Origin: Lama guanicoe
Taxonomy: Eukaryota
DNA: 64,000 nt
Direction of reading: 5' to 3'
Assembly (NCBI GenBank): GCA_013239625.1
Contig: MU053629.1
Coordinates: 1,081,567 to 1,145,566, forward strand
The notes under the pieces were generated by a model that ran no database searches, was not told the DNA's origin, and worked only from the letters and a program-made list of their open reading frames with translations. The position numbers were made by a program, and so were the translations under genes. Numbering within the stretch: position 1 is the stretch's first letter; every line of letters starts with the position of its first letter. This document shows, one piece after another, positions 51,430 to 63,412 of the stretch.

Positions 51430-52270
51430 AAACCCTGCCTACGTCCTGTGCAGCGTTTTTCTTTGGTTGATCTGGAATCTTCCTCGTCTACGCCCCAAAG
51501 CGGGTTGGGGCCTTGCCCTCCTCTTGGGCACCTCGCGGCCCTTGGCCTGATGGATGTGCTCCCGCGGTGGTGGCGGGGGGCGGGGAGCTACGGCTGCGAC
51601 CTTAGAATCGCAAGCCAACGGCGGCGCATCTGGATCGGGAGCTGCTCCGCCTCCCCCGTCCGCCCGAACAAGAGGCGCGCCCCGCGCCGCGCGCCTCCGC
51701 CTCCCTCCTCCTCACCCCGCCCCGCCGCCTGGCCCCGCCCCACCGCGCCCCGGCCTGGCCCCGCCCCCGGTCAGCTCCGCGCCGCCCCGCGCTCCAGTCT
51801 GTCCGCGCTCGGCGCCCGGCCGTCCCCGCCAGGCCCCTGGGCCGGCTTCCGCGGTCGCCATGACGGCGGCCGTGTTCTTCGGCTGCGCGTTCATTGCCTT
51901 CGGGCCTGCGCTCGCCCTCTACATCTTCACCATCGCCACCGAGCCGTTGCGCGTCATCTTCCTCATCATTGGGTAAGGCGGTTGCGCGGGGAAACCCAGA
52001 CCGGGGCTCCCCTCCCCCGCCGGTGGTACCGGCGGTCCCTGGCGTCCCTGCCGGACTGCTCGACCGCGCTGGGCTTTGGAGGGGAGAAGGGCAGGGACGG
52101 GGAGGGCGGAGACCCCGCTTCCCTGGGACTGCTCGCCCTCCTCCGAGGGGCGGCGGGAGAAGAGCGAGAGCCCCGCGACCCCAGAGTGCGGGCTCTGGGG
52201 AAGGAGCCCACACCGTGGGTCCCGGAAAACCCTGGCGCCTGACTGCCGAGCTTTAGCCTAGGGTCCGTGG
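51430..52270. promoter_or_regulatory. APH1B: CpG island / TATA-less promoter of APH1B
   Basis: Very GC- and CpG-rich, multiple CCCCGCCC GC boxes at ~51715-51770, spans the first coding exon. Confidence 0.92.
51860..51972 (+). CDS. APH1B: APH1B coding exon 1 (113 nt coding)
   Basis: gtcgccATG start; MTAAVFFGCAFIAFGPALALYIFTIATEPLRVIFLII(G); GTAAGG donor. Confidence 0.97.
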
Positions 52271-52424
52271 ATGGGCTTCAGTGAGTCACACACTGAAGCC
52301 GAATGGACATTTTTGTGGATAAATTCGTATATGCATCTTTTATTTTTTTGGAGAAGGGGATTAACTAATTTCCCTCAGATTCTGACGGGCATTTTTAATC
52401 CCAAGCGGGTTAAAAGCCATTAAG

Positions 52425-52560
52425 CACCTAGGGATCAGGTGCTTTAAAACATGCAGGTGCCCAATCGACTGTGTCTAGCGGGGTGGGATTCAGACTACGG
52501 AACGTTTTAAAGTGTCCCAGGTGATTCAGGTGAGCAGCCAAAGGGTAGAAAAACCTGTGA
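52425..52560. mobile_element. hAT-Charlie MITE fragment (MER5-like)
   Basis: ttttaaagtgtcccaggtgattc...gcagccaaagg. Confidence 0.55.
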
Positions 52561-53161
52561 AAACCCCGCAACAGCTGTAGTGCATCTTTTTGCAGGAGCT
52601 TGGTAAATACCGAACTCCCGTGGCGAATGCGGTCATGGTCCCAGCAGTCATCTGTCTGGGAGCTCTTACTGGGGCTCCCCTCGACTCTCTCCACCACTGA
52701 GTTTCACTTGGCACCAGGAGAAACGGTCAGACGAGGCCAGTGATTTCCACTTTTTCCGAACTTTTTCACCTCTCACAACTGTATTGAAAGTGCTGCGTCA
52801 CACGTGTCGTTTTAAAAATAGAGATCTGGGCACAAATTCTGTAAAGCTTAGTTATAATCATAAAAACTCACAGGAATGTTGTGAAAGCCCGGCCTGGAAA
52901 ACTGACCTAGATCAGAGCCAGGCTTCCAACCTCTGGATTTTATACCAGTCATTCTGTTAATAGAGATGTAGACATTTTCCTGGAAAAGACATTTGCACAT
53001 CAGTGGGCAAAGCATTAATTAGAAAGCATAGCAAATAATCGAGTTTTCAGCCAGACCGTCCTTGGCAGGTAGTCTGCAGATGTACTTACAAATAGCAGGG
53101 TCACGGGGAAAAAAAAAAGTTGATTTTTAGGAAAAATCTCAAGTTCCTCTTGGACTGCATG

Positions 53162-53243
53162 TTTTTTGTTTGTTTTTTAATGGATTGAACCCAGGATCTC
53201 GTGCACGCTAAGCACGTGCTGTGCCACTGAGCTGTACCCTCCC
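53162..53243 (-). mobile_element. tRNA-Ala-derived SINE with a small internal deletion, APH1B intron 1
   Basis: Reverse-complement head ...GCCACTGAGCTGTACCCTCCC; lacks the GGTACTGGGG segment present in sister copies. Confidence 0.85.
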
Positions 53244-53421
53244 AGACTGTTGATTTCACCAGGAAAACTGCACCATTGATTAAGAACAGTTGATTCATGA
53301 ATACTTTTTTTGTCAGGAAATCTGTTCCTTCTCAAGCAGGATTTGTTTGCTTGTTTTTCTGCTTTTAAATCATTATTAATCTTGCTCACTTGTAACTTTT
53401 TTTTTTCCTCCTCATTTTTAG

Positions 53422-53592
53422 AGCTTTCTTCTGGTTGGTGTCTCTGCTGCTTTCTTCCTTTGTTTGGTTCATGGCATCAACCATTGCTGACAACAAAGAT
53501 GGACCGGTACAGAAATATCTGTTGATCTTTGGAGTGTTAGCCTCGGTCCTTATCCAAGAAATGTTCCGGTTTGCATATTATAAACTTTTAAA
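53422..53592 (+). CDS. APH1B: APH1B coding exon 2 (171 nt)
   Basis: TAG acceptor, GTAAGT donor; AFFWLVSLLLSSFVWFMASTIADNKDGPVQKYLLIFGVLASVLIQEMFRFAYYKLL(K). Confidence 0.97.
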
Positions 53593-56500
53593 GTAAGTTA
53601 AATGTTTGCTTTACCTTTTTTTAAAACCATTTTTTATTTGAATTATGATTTAGTAGTTTGAAACATTAATATACCGTTGTATTTGAGGTGCCATGTTTTC
53701 CTACATAGTTTGACACCAAGGGATTGTACATTTCCAGCCTGAAAATAATTGAGTGTTTTAACTTTTGGATATTCATTTCTTCCTTCACTCATTCAAAAAA
53801 GATTTCTTGAAAATTTGCTCAATACCATGCAGTACCCAAGGTACTGGGGATACATCATGATTGAAAAACAGTCTCATAGAGGTAAAATTATAGTGGAAAT
53901 AGAGACAGCCAATGAATGAACAAGAAAATACTTGTATCTTAAAAGGTAATAAGTCCCATGGAGAAAAATAAGCCAGAGAAATAGTCATTGAAACAACAAA
54001 ACTGTTCCAGTTTAGAATTTACACGTGTTTCTCCTTGACACCACCAAAAGTAATTAATTCTATGGCTATTGTGCCTGCCATTATTTTGACTGTATTCGAC
54101 GGAAGTGTGTTCATTTTGTGATATGCCATGTGATTTCACGTACATAATAGAAAAATACATTTAAAAAGTTTTTTTTTTTAAAGCATGAGTTCCCTTTGTA
54201 GGCCAGAAAGTAGGTTATCTGTAGGATCCTATGAGGATCTCACATGAAACCACCGATCTGAAACACAGCTTGACCATGGAACCGTATTTTCTTTCAGGCA
54301 GTCATAAGTTTGGCTTTGATTACGTCCTAAGGCTTAGTTAGTAGAGTGATAAATATGCTATGTCTCTTTACTTCTGCAAATGAGGTAATTAAAGCACTTT
54401 ATGAATTTCATGGTTGTAACCAAGACAGAACCTCAACAACATCTCTTACAGTAATAGATGATAATTTGTTCTTGCCAATAAGCCAAGCCCTTCTCTATTT
54501 TTGACTTGTTGCTTTTAGTAACATACTGAAACTTAATAATGAAGCAGTTTAAATCACAAGTAGAAAACCAGGAAGTCATTGCTTAGAAGCCAAAGTCATA
54601 TCTTAGATAAGGTTTAAAAATGAAATTTCCATTAGTTCCTGGAAATATTAGAGATCAACAAACAAAAATCAAAGATAACATTTTAGTTCCCACAGGAATA
54701 AAGTATCCTTAACAGATGGGCATTCAGCTGTGGTTGAATGTTTCTGGTTTGACAGTAACTGCTCTCTGCCCTACTTCGACCATAACCGGGTACCAGTTAA
54801 AATTAAATTTTGGAAAGGTAGTAACTCTTGAATATATTAAGGTAATCAAAATCTCCCTCTTTCTGACCTTTTCTTTGCACAGACAAATGAAATCTGTCAC
54901 ACAGTTGTCATCTTGTCTCTTTCAAGGCTATTTAAATAGCCCTCGTTCACCTGACCCTCAGAAGACATGCATGTGGGTTCCAGACCTTTTCCAGTCTCTG
55001 TTTTTTGATGTCAGTGGACACATCCCTTTTTGTGGGTGCCCGGGGTTTACCTGTGCTGTAGTGCAGAGAGCAGAGCCCCTCCCACCCTTGACCAGGCACC
55101 GTTCTCCTAACAACTCAGCCTCCGCTTGCACTGGATTTTCCTGTCAGCAACATCATTGGCTCGTGTTGGTTTTGCATTTTCACATGTGATGGTTCTAATT
55201 TGAAACAAACTTAATTTCAACAGATTCTGCACAGATTAGGGCAGGGGTTTAGGAACCCCTTAGGACTCGAGGTTCTAGAACCTCACTCACCTGGACTGGC
55301 TGGATGGGTACCTGCTGTTTCTCATTACCGTGTTTCTTCACCGTTTCCACCTGAAAAGCAGCCCTATATTGGCACTAACCTAAGGTTCCGAAGGACGACA
55401 ATTTGAACATGGGTTGTCATTTTTAAGGAGGGCAGTGAGGGTGTAGGGCCACATGCAGAAGAAATATGGCTGTCAGTCTGTGGGTTCTCATGCCAGCAAG
55501 TTCAGAGAAGCCTCTTTGGCCTTCTGGGAAAACCAGGTTTGCTCCCCTGAAAGGACTTTAGGGGATTTGCAAGCAGCTAGTAGGACAAGCCTGTATTAAC
55601 AAGTGCCTTTGTTTGCCTTTACAAATGGTCGGCAGCAAGCCTATGGAATATGGGACCGTATTTTCCTAGCAAATTTTAGAAATGTTGGGTGTTATATAGT
55701 TATGTGTTAAAACAAATTTGAGAATTATGATACTTTATTCATGACCAACATTTACATAGATCCATTTAAGTTGCTCTCATAGGCTACCCTACATTCAAAT
55801 ATAGGAATTTCGGGCTAATCAATACTTTAATTGTCTTCACTGCCAGAGTAGGTTTTGAACTTTTAAGGTCAAAATTCTGCCTCAATCGAACTTTTGCTAT
55901 CTGAATTTGGTACCAACATTAAAATGTGGAGAGCTTGCACCAGTCTTTTTACATACATGGAACTGAATAAAAAGGATTTATCATTGTAGCCTAATATAAA
56001 TATATTTCATGGGTTAGGCCTTAGGAACAGTGCTCCATCTTGAATGAATGAATTGTAACTTTCAGTCTAGCAAAGACATGCACCGAGAGAAATTGGTGTG
56101 TGGCCACAGGTGATAGCCCTTTCTATGTTAATTAAAAAATTCCAAATTATGGTCCTGCCCATTGCCTAAAACATGCATTAGAACTTTTTTGGCTTGTATG
56201 GAAGCTTTGGTAATTTAATTCAGTTGTCTTATAATGTTGATACCATAAATATTTGGTAACTTTAGAAAATCATTTGTAGAAAAAGTGTTAAGTCATTGCT
56301 ATAATTTTTTAAAAGGCATGTCTATTAAAAATTTCTAAAATAGTGGATTTACTTTATATGCATGTTCCTTGGTAATTTTCCTCTACACACACATACAAAA
56401 TGAATCAGAACACGTGGGAAAGCTGGTATGATTGATCAGTAGTTTTTCAAAGTGTGTATTTTAAAAATTGGGTCTTTTCTTTTTTGTTCTTGGAAACAAT

Positions 56501-56614
56501 GACAAATGCAAAAAAGTATTTTCCATTTCAGTAAGACGGTTAAATTAAGAACACTGTCCCTTACATCATCAGTTGTGTGTTCTATCCATCAGGAATGTGG
56601 AAATTGATGGTGTT

Positions 56615-56762
56615 TTGAGAATTATTGGTGCCACAGACCTTTCCTTCCCATAGAACGAGGGCGTTTATTAAAATAATGCTTTTTCACTTCCTCATGTCAG
56701 CATTGAGAATGGTTGGTGCCACAGACCTTTCCTTCCCATAGAACGAGGGCGTTTATTAAAAT
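56615..56762. repeat. Direct duplication, 60 bp x2 (50 bp identical), 28-bp spacer
   Basis: 56625-56674 is identical to 56713-56762; ttgagaat is shared further 5'. Confidence 0.97.
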
Positions 56763-58278
56763 TTTACATTTATATGTGTAATATATTTGTGATAGCAGTA
56801 CTTTGTTATACTAAATAGCAAAACCCTTTTTTCCATTACTGAGCAATTTATATAAAACAGAAATCCTCCAGAATTTATTGATTGTATTGTACCGTTATAT
56901 CTATTTGTTGATGGAGCTTATTGCTGTTATATAGATCTCTAGGCGTTCATTAGCCTTTAACAACATTCATTCCTCTGACAGGTAAGTTTATTTTATTTAA
57001 GATAAAAAGACATTTTAGTTGCTTACTGCTCCAGAGAAGATGTCAGTCACTTAAGTTTTGACTCATGTCCTTGCTACCAAATGATGCTTCCAAATGGAGA
57101 GCACTGAAGTGGCAAATTCAGTCTAGAATAGCGAAAGATCTTTTTCATTATGCTTATTACTATTCTGGTTGAATTCTGCGTTGCCTTGATTTAATGTGAT
57201 CACTATTTATATTTCTGTGATGAATAGGCCCACTGTAATGAATATGCATACTTTGAAATTTAAATTAACACAATACCCAGAATATAAGTACTATGTTCTG
57301 GTTAATTTCTTAGAGTTAATCTAACTCATTTTTGTTTCAGCACTTGCTGAAAAATCATTCTAAGATGTTTGGTTCCTTCATTGCTTTAATGAATATACTT
57401 TACAGTAAATATAATTTAAGTATCCTTTGAGTCAGTATCATTGTTATAGAGTTTCTCGCCAACAAGGGTTAGTAATAGTGACAAAAATGGAACCGACCAG
57501 CTGCACCTTGCATGCCTAACACATTTGCATGGGGACAGAGGGTTATGGTAAGTTTGCCAATTGTCCACAACAGAAGTGTGGATATGATCATTCTGAAGAT
57601 CATTTCATACTGAGCAGTAGTCTAATATTTCATTCAGGTGTTCATTTATCTCCTTTTCTGACGGTCAGATTTTATTTTCCCCGATTATTTCTTCCCTGAA
57701 GCTTGATTGGGACTATGAAACAGTATTTTAGAATTAGAAGACCATATGATTAAGTATCCATATGACAGTTCAGACTGTCAGTATTGTAGGATTTAAGACC
57801 AAGGAGAGTTGAGTGGTTACCAATCATTGGTAAAGGTGGATTCTTTGAGAATTTGTTGCCTGAACTAGACTTTGAAGAATGAGTACATTTTAGATTCTAT
57901 GAAGTGGAAGCTAGAAGGGAGGGTGTCAGAATGAGTATAACTCAGGCGGAAGATACAACAAAGTACCAACAAAGTGGGATTAAAGATAAATTACTTTGGG
58001 AAGAGGAAAGTATTGTGCTTTTTTCCTTATTAAACTCAGTCCCTGATGGTTTGTTAAAATTTTTTTCTCTTCTTTGTGAATATCAGATAAAAGGCAAAAG
58101 TTGGTTCGAAATTTTGGTTGATTTCAGTTAATTAAAAATTTGCTGGATTTAAATGGATTTTATTTAGATTTAGAGTATAACCTGATCAAAATCGGCATTA
58201 AGTATCTGGGTTTTAAAATGTCTTATGTAGTTTTCTGATAAACTACTTCAAGAAATTTTCTATGTGGTTTTACTTTAG

Positions 58279-58349
58279 AAAAGCCAGTGAGGGCTTGAAG
58301 AGTATAAACCCAGATGAGACAGCACCATCTATGCGATTGCTGGCTTATG
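58279..58349 (+). CDS. APH1B: APH1B coding exon 3 (71 nt)
   Basis: TAG acceptor, GTAAGT donor; KASEGLKSINPDETAPSMRLLAY. Confidence 0.97.
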
Positions 58350-59185
58350 GTAAGTTAGAACTGCATACTGTCGTTAAGAAAACAAAATCAGACTTGACAT
58401 TAAAGCCATTTTTATCTTTTATATCTTTGTAGATTTCAAATAAAATATTACCACTGTTTTGGCCTATTGGTGTACGTTGTTTATTTTTCTAGCTTTTCAG
58501 GGCCCATTGTTAATTTTTCTAGCTTTCCATGTAAAGGAAAGTGATTGCAGGTGACCCTTACCTGTGTATCTATTAAGTATTAACCATATTTGACAGTTGG
58601 ATTTTTTAACACGTATACACTCTAGTTAACAATTTCTAAGTGGTGTTACTTTTACCTTCTCTGGGTTGTTATCATGACTTTGGCTGTACTGGAAGAGGAC
58701 TCTTCCTTTTAGTACACTTAAAGTTAATACCTCTGTATATTTTTCTTTTGGAATTATGATTTAAAGGTTGGATCCAGGTCCCTATGTTGAGTCACCCAGC
58801 TTGACCCAGGGATCACTCTTTAAAATACACTGTCACTCCCTCATGCTTAGTTCCATCAAACTTAACTCTAGACTCTGTTATTATAAATTAGAGCCACAGC
58901 TTCAGTATCGGATCCTTCTGTCTCATCTGTCGCTTCTGAACCTTTCTAATCTTTTCTTTGCTACATTTCACTGTTCATTTCCTTTCCTAACCCCTCGCCC
59001 CCACCCCTTTTCTCTCAGTTCATCACTTAAACAAGCACTTGCCTTTTCTGAGCTTTCCGCTGCTTCTCCAACAGTACATCCACCCTTCCCCTTCATTAAG
59101 ATAGTGTTCCCTAGTCCTTGGGAATTTGATTTGAAGAGAAATCACATCACAGATAGGGTTTAACAGTGTTTTTCTTCCTCTTTAG

Positions 59186-59308
59186 TTTCTGGCTTGGGGT
59201 TTGGGATCATGAGTGGAGTCTTCTCCTTTGTAAATACCCTGTCTGACTCCTTGGGACCCGGCACAGTGGGCATTCATGGAGACCCTCCCCAGTTCTTCCT
59301 AAATTCAG
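59186..59308 (+). CDS. APH1B: APH1B coding exon 4 (123 nt); gene continues beyond the window
   Basis: TAG acceptor, GTATGT donor; (V)SGLGFGIMSGVFSFVNTLSDSLGPGTVGIHGDPPQFFLNS includes the TM4 GxxxGxxxG motif. Confidence 0.97.
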
Positions 59309-62300
59309 GTATGTGTCTGGTAGCTGTGAATGTTCAGACTTCTGGTCTAAATGATAATTCTTAGTGGCGTTCCCTGGCTTAGAAATTCAAGTGAATAGAA
59401 ATTTATGTTACACCTTATAAAGGCACAACACTATGAAGGCAAGGACCTAGGAAGATGAAAATTATGGTTGGAGTGTTTTAGAATTTTAGAGTGGAATTTA
59501 GCTTGCATGAAATTTATTTTTCTGTTACTGTACTAACAGTGTTACTGTGTAGTTATGTGATTTGGCTATATGCTTTTTTGGTTTTCTATGAGTTTATTTT
59601 TATCTTCGGTATAAGCCCTAATCTTTAGTTTATTTGTCATCTTGGCCACTTTTGGGGTAGGAAGTATAATTTAATCTTGAAATTGAGAGGAAGAAATAAT
59701 TTTTATTTAATGTGAGGTATTGTCCTATATCTAAAAATGTGTATTTAAAGAATAGCAACCCATTTTTCCTGTTCCTTAAGAACTGGGACATTAACATTAG
59801 CAGGAACTTAGAGTCCCTTGTTCCTTATCACTTCTCCCTGACAGGTAACTGTTTTTGTGTTATTAAGTCCCTGGGTTAACCAGGTCTGAAAGTTAGGTTT
59901 TTAACGTGTATAGATGTTTTGCTTTGAAGGAAAAACATACAAGTTTTACCTTCATGTATGTACCCCCCCAAAAAAATTCAGTTTTCCTGCTTTTGAACAT
60001 TAAAAAAAATCATATATTCTTTTAAAAAAGAAATTGAGAGGAAAAAAATAATAGATGAGTCGACCTTTTTAAACCAAAGATGTAAGTAAAAGAACCAACT
60101 CATTTCAAACTGCTTTATCATTTACCAAATAAAAATTGTTCTCATGATGCCATGATCACACATTTGAGAGCTGGTAATATACATAATTAACATAATGTCT
60201 CCTAAATTCTGTAAGAATCTTTTAAAAAATAGTTTAAAAAAAACCCCACTGTATTTTTTGTCTTCACAAGTTACATTGTTGAAATAAGTGGCCCCATGCA
60301 CATATTTTTTAAATTAAATTACCATTAATTTAGCATCTGTGCTGAAGTAATTTATGTCTTCAGGGAGTTAGTCATCTTGCAGGGGGTATAAGACCAAAAA
60401 ATGATTGTTTGAGTGCAGTTTAAGAGAATAGTAGAAAAGATTAAGGCGGTGTGACCAAATCAAAAAACTGCTACAGTAGCTGAGAGTTACATACAGTGCA
60501 TGTTATTAGTGACCCCCAAGCCCAGCGGACACCTGCTCGCCATTTCAGGTGAGCCTCCTGTCTGGATTACTGCCATTAACCCCCAACTGGCTCATCTTTC
60601 CTCAACACATTTTCCATGTGAATCCATCCTGTATGCAGCCCCCAAATGAAATCTTCCCTGTACAGAAGTGTGTCACGGCCTACAGGAAAAAGCCAAGTCC
60701 CTTCACATCTGGCTACAAGTTAGAGCACAGGGAAGTATGTTAATGGGTCATACTTACTTAGTGATGCCTCCAACGTAGCAAATTATCTTCCTTTTAAATA
60801 TTCCATAATTAGAATATTTCTGACAATTTAAAAAAATGATTATAATAATGAGTATTAGGTTCTTAGAACAACTGTAATATTAATAGCTGAAATGTATTAG
60901 CATCCAATATAAATTAACAAAACAAACAAGAGAGGGTACAGTTACTGCTACAGTTTTCCCTGTTTTCTTAAATCAGTCTTTTGACGACTGCGCATAAGCC
61001 GTTGTCTTTCTGTTCTCGAGGGCCGTCTCCTAATGGATCTCGTTTTTCTACCAGCTTCTTTCGCTAGGTGGTGCTAATTCCCTTTGGTGAGCTAGGCTGT
61101 TTTCATAAGGTTGGCTTAAATTGGCTTCTTTGGGAAGAAAGTAAAAAGTGTGCTAACAATTTTAGGATTATATTTGTAATTTCTGCAAATTCAAGGGAAA
61201 ATTTAAAGAAAATAAAATATTCTAATGTCTTTAGCTAAGTTAGGACGGCAGGCTGATCCCACTGTGAATGTGTACCTATAAAGACTAGCCATTACTGTGT
61301 CTTTTGCTGGAGTTTATTTGTTAAAACATCAGTTTTTGGAGCATAAACTTTGAATTACACATGTAAGTAATTACTTATTACATTTAAAAACAACCCTAAA
61401 TTTGTATATATTTGTTTGTCATATATGTTATTTGTAACTGCTGCTATCACCATTTAAGTGTGAACTCGTTTTTAATTTTCCTGTTAAATAGTTTAACATA
61501 CTCCCTTACAAATGTGTAAGTAATAATCAGAATAAAGAAAATGGGTTCTAATTAGTATATCTGTGTTAGTGTAAGATGTATACTATATAATACCTGTATT
61601 ACATAGGTTTTCATGTGACAAGTAGGCATAGCTTATAAATTAAATGCATTATAAGTTAATTCTTTCTATTTGTAATTGTATAGTAGGCTAGCGTTAACTT
61701 TATTAGAATCATTACCATGTCTTGGTATGCTGTATAGAGGCAAAGTATAGGAATTGGAGTCGTAAGTTCAAGTGTTATCCTGGCTCATTAATTTAGTATT
61801 TTGGGCAAGGCCATTTGATCATTTAATCACTCACTCCACAAATAATCAAGTACTTTTATTCAACAGCCCAGTTAATGTCTAAACCTCCCACTCACAGTGG
61901 GAAATAAAGACAAAGAGCTAATTACAACAAAGTGTGACAGACACTGTGATGAGGAGGAGCCACGGGCACACGAAAAACAAGCTTGAACCCGCGCCGGGGT
62001 GGGGTCGTGCTTCTCCTTTGCAGTGTTCACCGCGTTTGTGATTAAGTGGTCAGCTGCGTAGTTCTTCCTTTATGTCTCTCCCCAGCCTGATGCTAAGCCA
62101 TGTGAGTGCAAGGACTGTCTGTCCTGCTCACTGCAGGATCCCCGCACCTTGTGAGGTCCTTTGTTGCTAGATGAACTCGCAAATATTTGCTGAAAAAAAT
62201 GAAAGCTAGGCACGGCTTACAGAGGAAATGCTATCTGAGTAGAGACTTAAAGGATGAATAGTAGCTAGACAGGCAAAGCAAGGGGGTTGTCAGGGAGGAA

Positions 62301-63014
62301 TGTTCCAGGTGCAGAGAGGAGGTCTCTTCCTTGCAGGCCTGGAGGTGAGAAAGACATTGTTCACAGAGCAAAGGAAGTGCTGAACTTCCATCTAACCCTC
62401 AATTTCCTCATCTTTCAGGAAGGGCAAAAATAATAACTAGTTCAGAGTTGTAAAAAATTAAATGAAATTAGAGAGCATGTATTTAAGTGCTTTATAAACT
62501 GTGAAATGGCCTGAGGGTAGAAAATTTGGTTCTTGAAGTGAAAAACTAAATTTAGAAAGAGGATAATTTCTCTAATTTATGTGGAACCTGGGTTTATCAC
62601 TCTGAATTGCCTCCCTTTTGCTTTAGAAGAAACATGTCTCTAACTAGTACTCAGTAAGAAGGACAGCTGATACTTTTAAGACTTTTCTCAGACCTTTTCA
62701 TTTATATTATATTTTCTTGGCAGTGCTTTTTTCTGGTAAGGTTTTAAACTTGTTAGCCACTAAACCTTTCAGTAGGAGACACCAGTATGGATCCGACGAC
62801 ATGTGGAGTGTCATGTTCACTTCTGAGCATTGTGAATTAACAAGATTGCTGAAGAACTCAAGTTAGTATAGAAGAACGTTGTCAGGTGAAAGATCTAGAA
62901 GCTGTGTCCTATGGAGTATGATTGAAGGAAAGAGGAATATTGAGCTTGAAGAAGAGTAAAAAAAGTAAGGGGAGTGGGGGAGGTTCCATTTTTGTCCACA
63001 TTTGGCTTTCCACT

Positions 63015-63412
63015 GTAATAGAGCATCCACACCCTTCCACTGCCTCACAGTGACCCGAATGTGCTTCCCTGCCTCTGACTTTGAGCTCAGTCTGGTGACA
63101 CTAACTGGCCAAATAGTGAACATAAGTCACTATTTGGGTGTAAGTCAGGTTTAAAAAGCACTTGCATGGCCCTTCCGGGGCTCTGGTCCTGTGCTGTGTG
63201 AACAGGCCCCGCACAGTTAGTGCCCAGTTAGCCTGGACCGCAGAATGAGCATGCGTGGAGCAGACCTGGGCTCAGTCTGCAGGGAGGAGCCAAACCCGCG
63301 GTACCAGCCGCTGCGGCCGAGCTGCCCAGCTGAGCCCAGCCTCACTCACCCGGCCGAAGCACCGTCTGCCTCTCGACCAACGAGCATGAGAATAAATCCT
63401 GTTGTAACCCAG
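63015..63412 (+). mobile_element. MaLR LTR (MLT1H-like)
   Basis: gactttgagctcagtc...cccagctgagcccagcct...catgagaataaat motifs. Confidence 0.7.

Noticed and set aside
51427..52242. 271-aa ORF and overlapping 120-203 aa ORFs on both strands
   Set aside because: Low-complexity Pro/Arg/Gly translations from a stop-poor CpG island; only the MTAAVFFG frame is recognisable
54716..55189. 157-aa ORF in APH1B intron 2
   Set aside because: No recognisable domain and no supporting exon structure; the region may be a degraded ERV interior that I cannot assign
55243..55284. 16-bp perfect palindrome GAGGTTCTAGAACCTC beside a 7-bp stem-loop
   Set aside because: About one 16-bp palindrome is expected by chance in 64 kb, and nothing else supports a function
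56615..56762. Repeat-spacer-repeat layout resembling a minimal CRISPR array
   Set aside because: Mammalian intron, only two 50-60 bp repeats and no cas genes; a local duplication explains it
5945..58795. About a dozen scattered AP-1 motifs (TGASTCA)
   Set aside because: Close to the ~8 expected at random and not clustered
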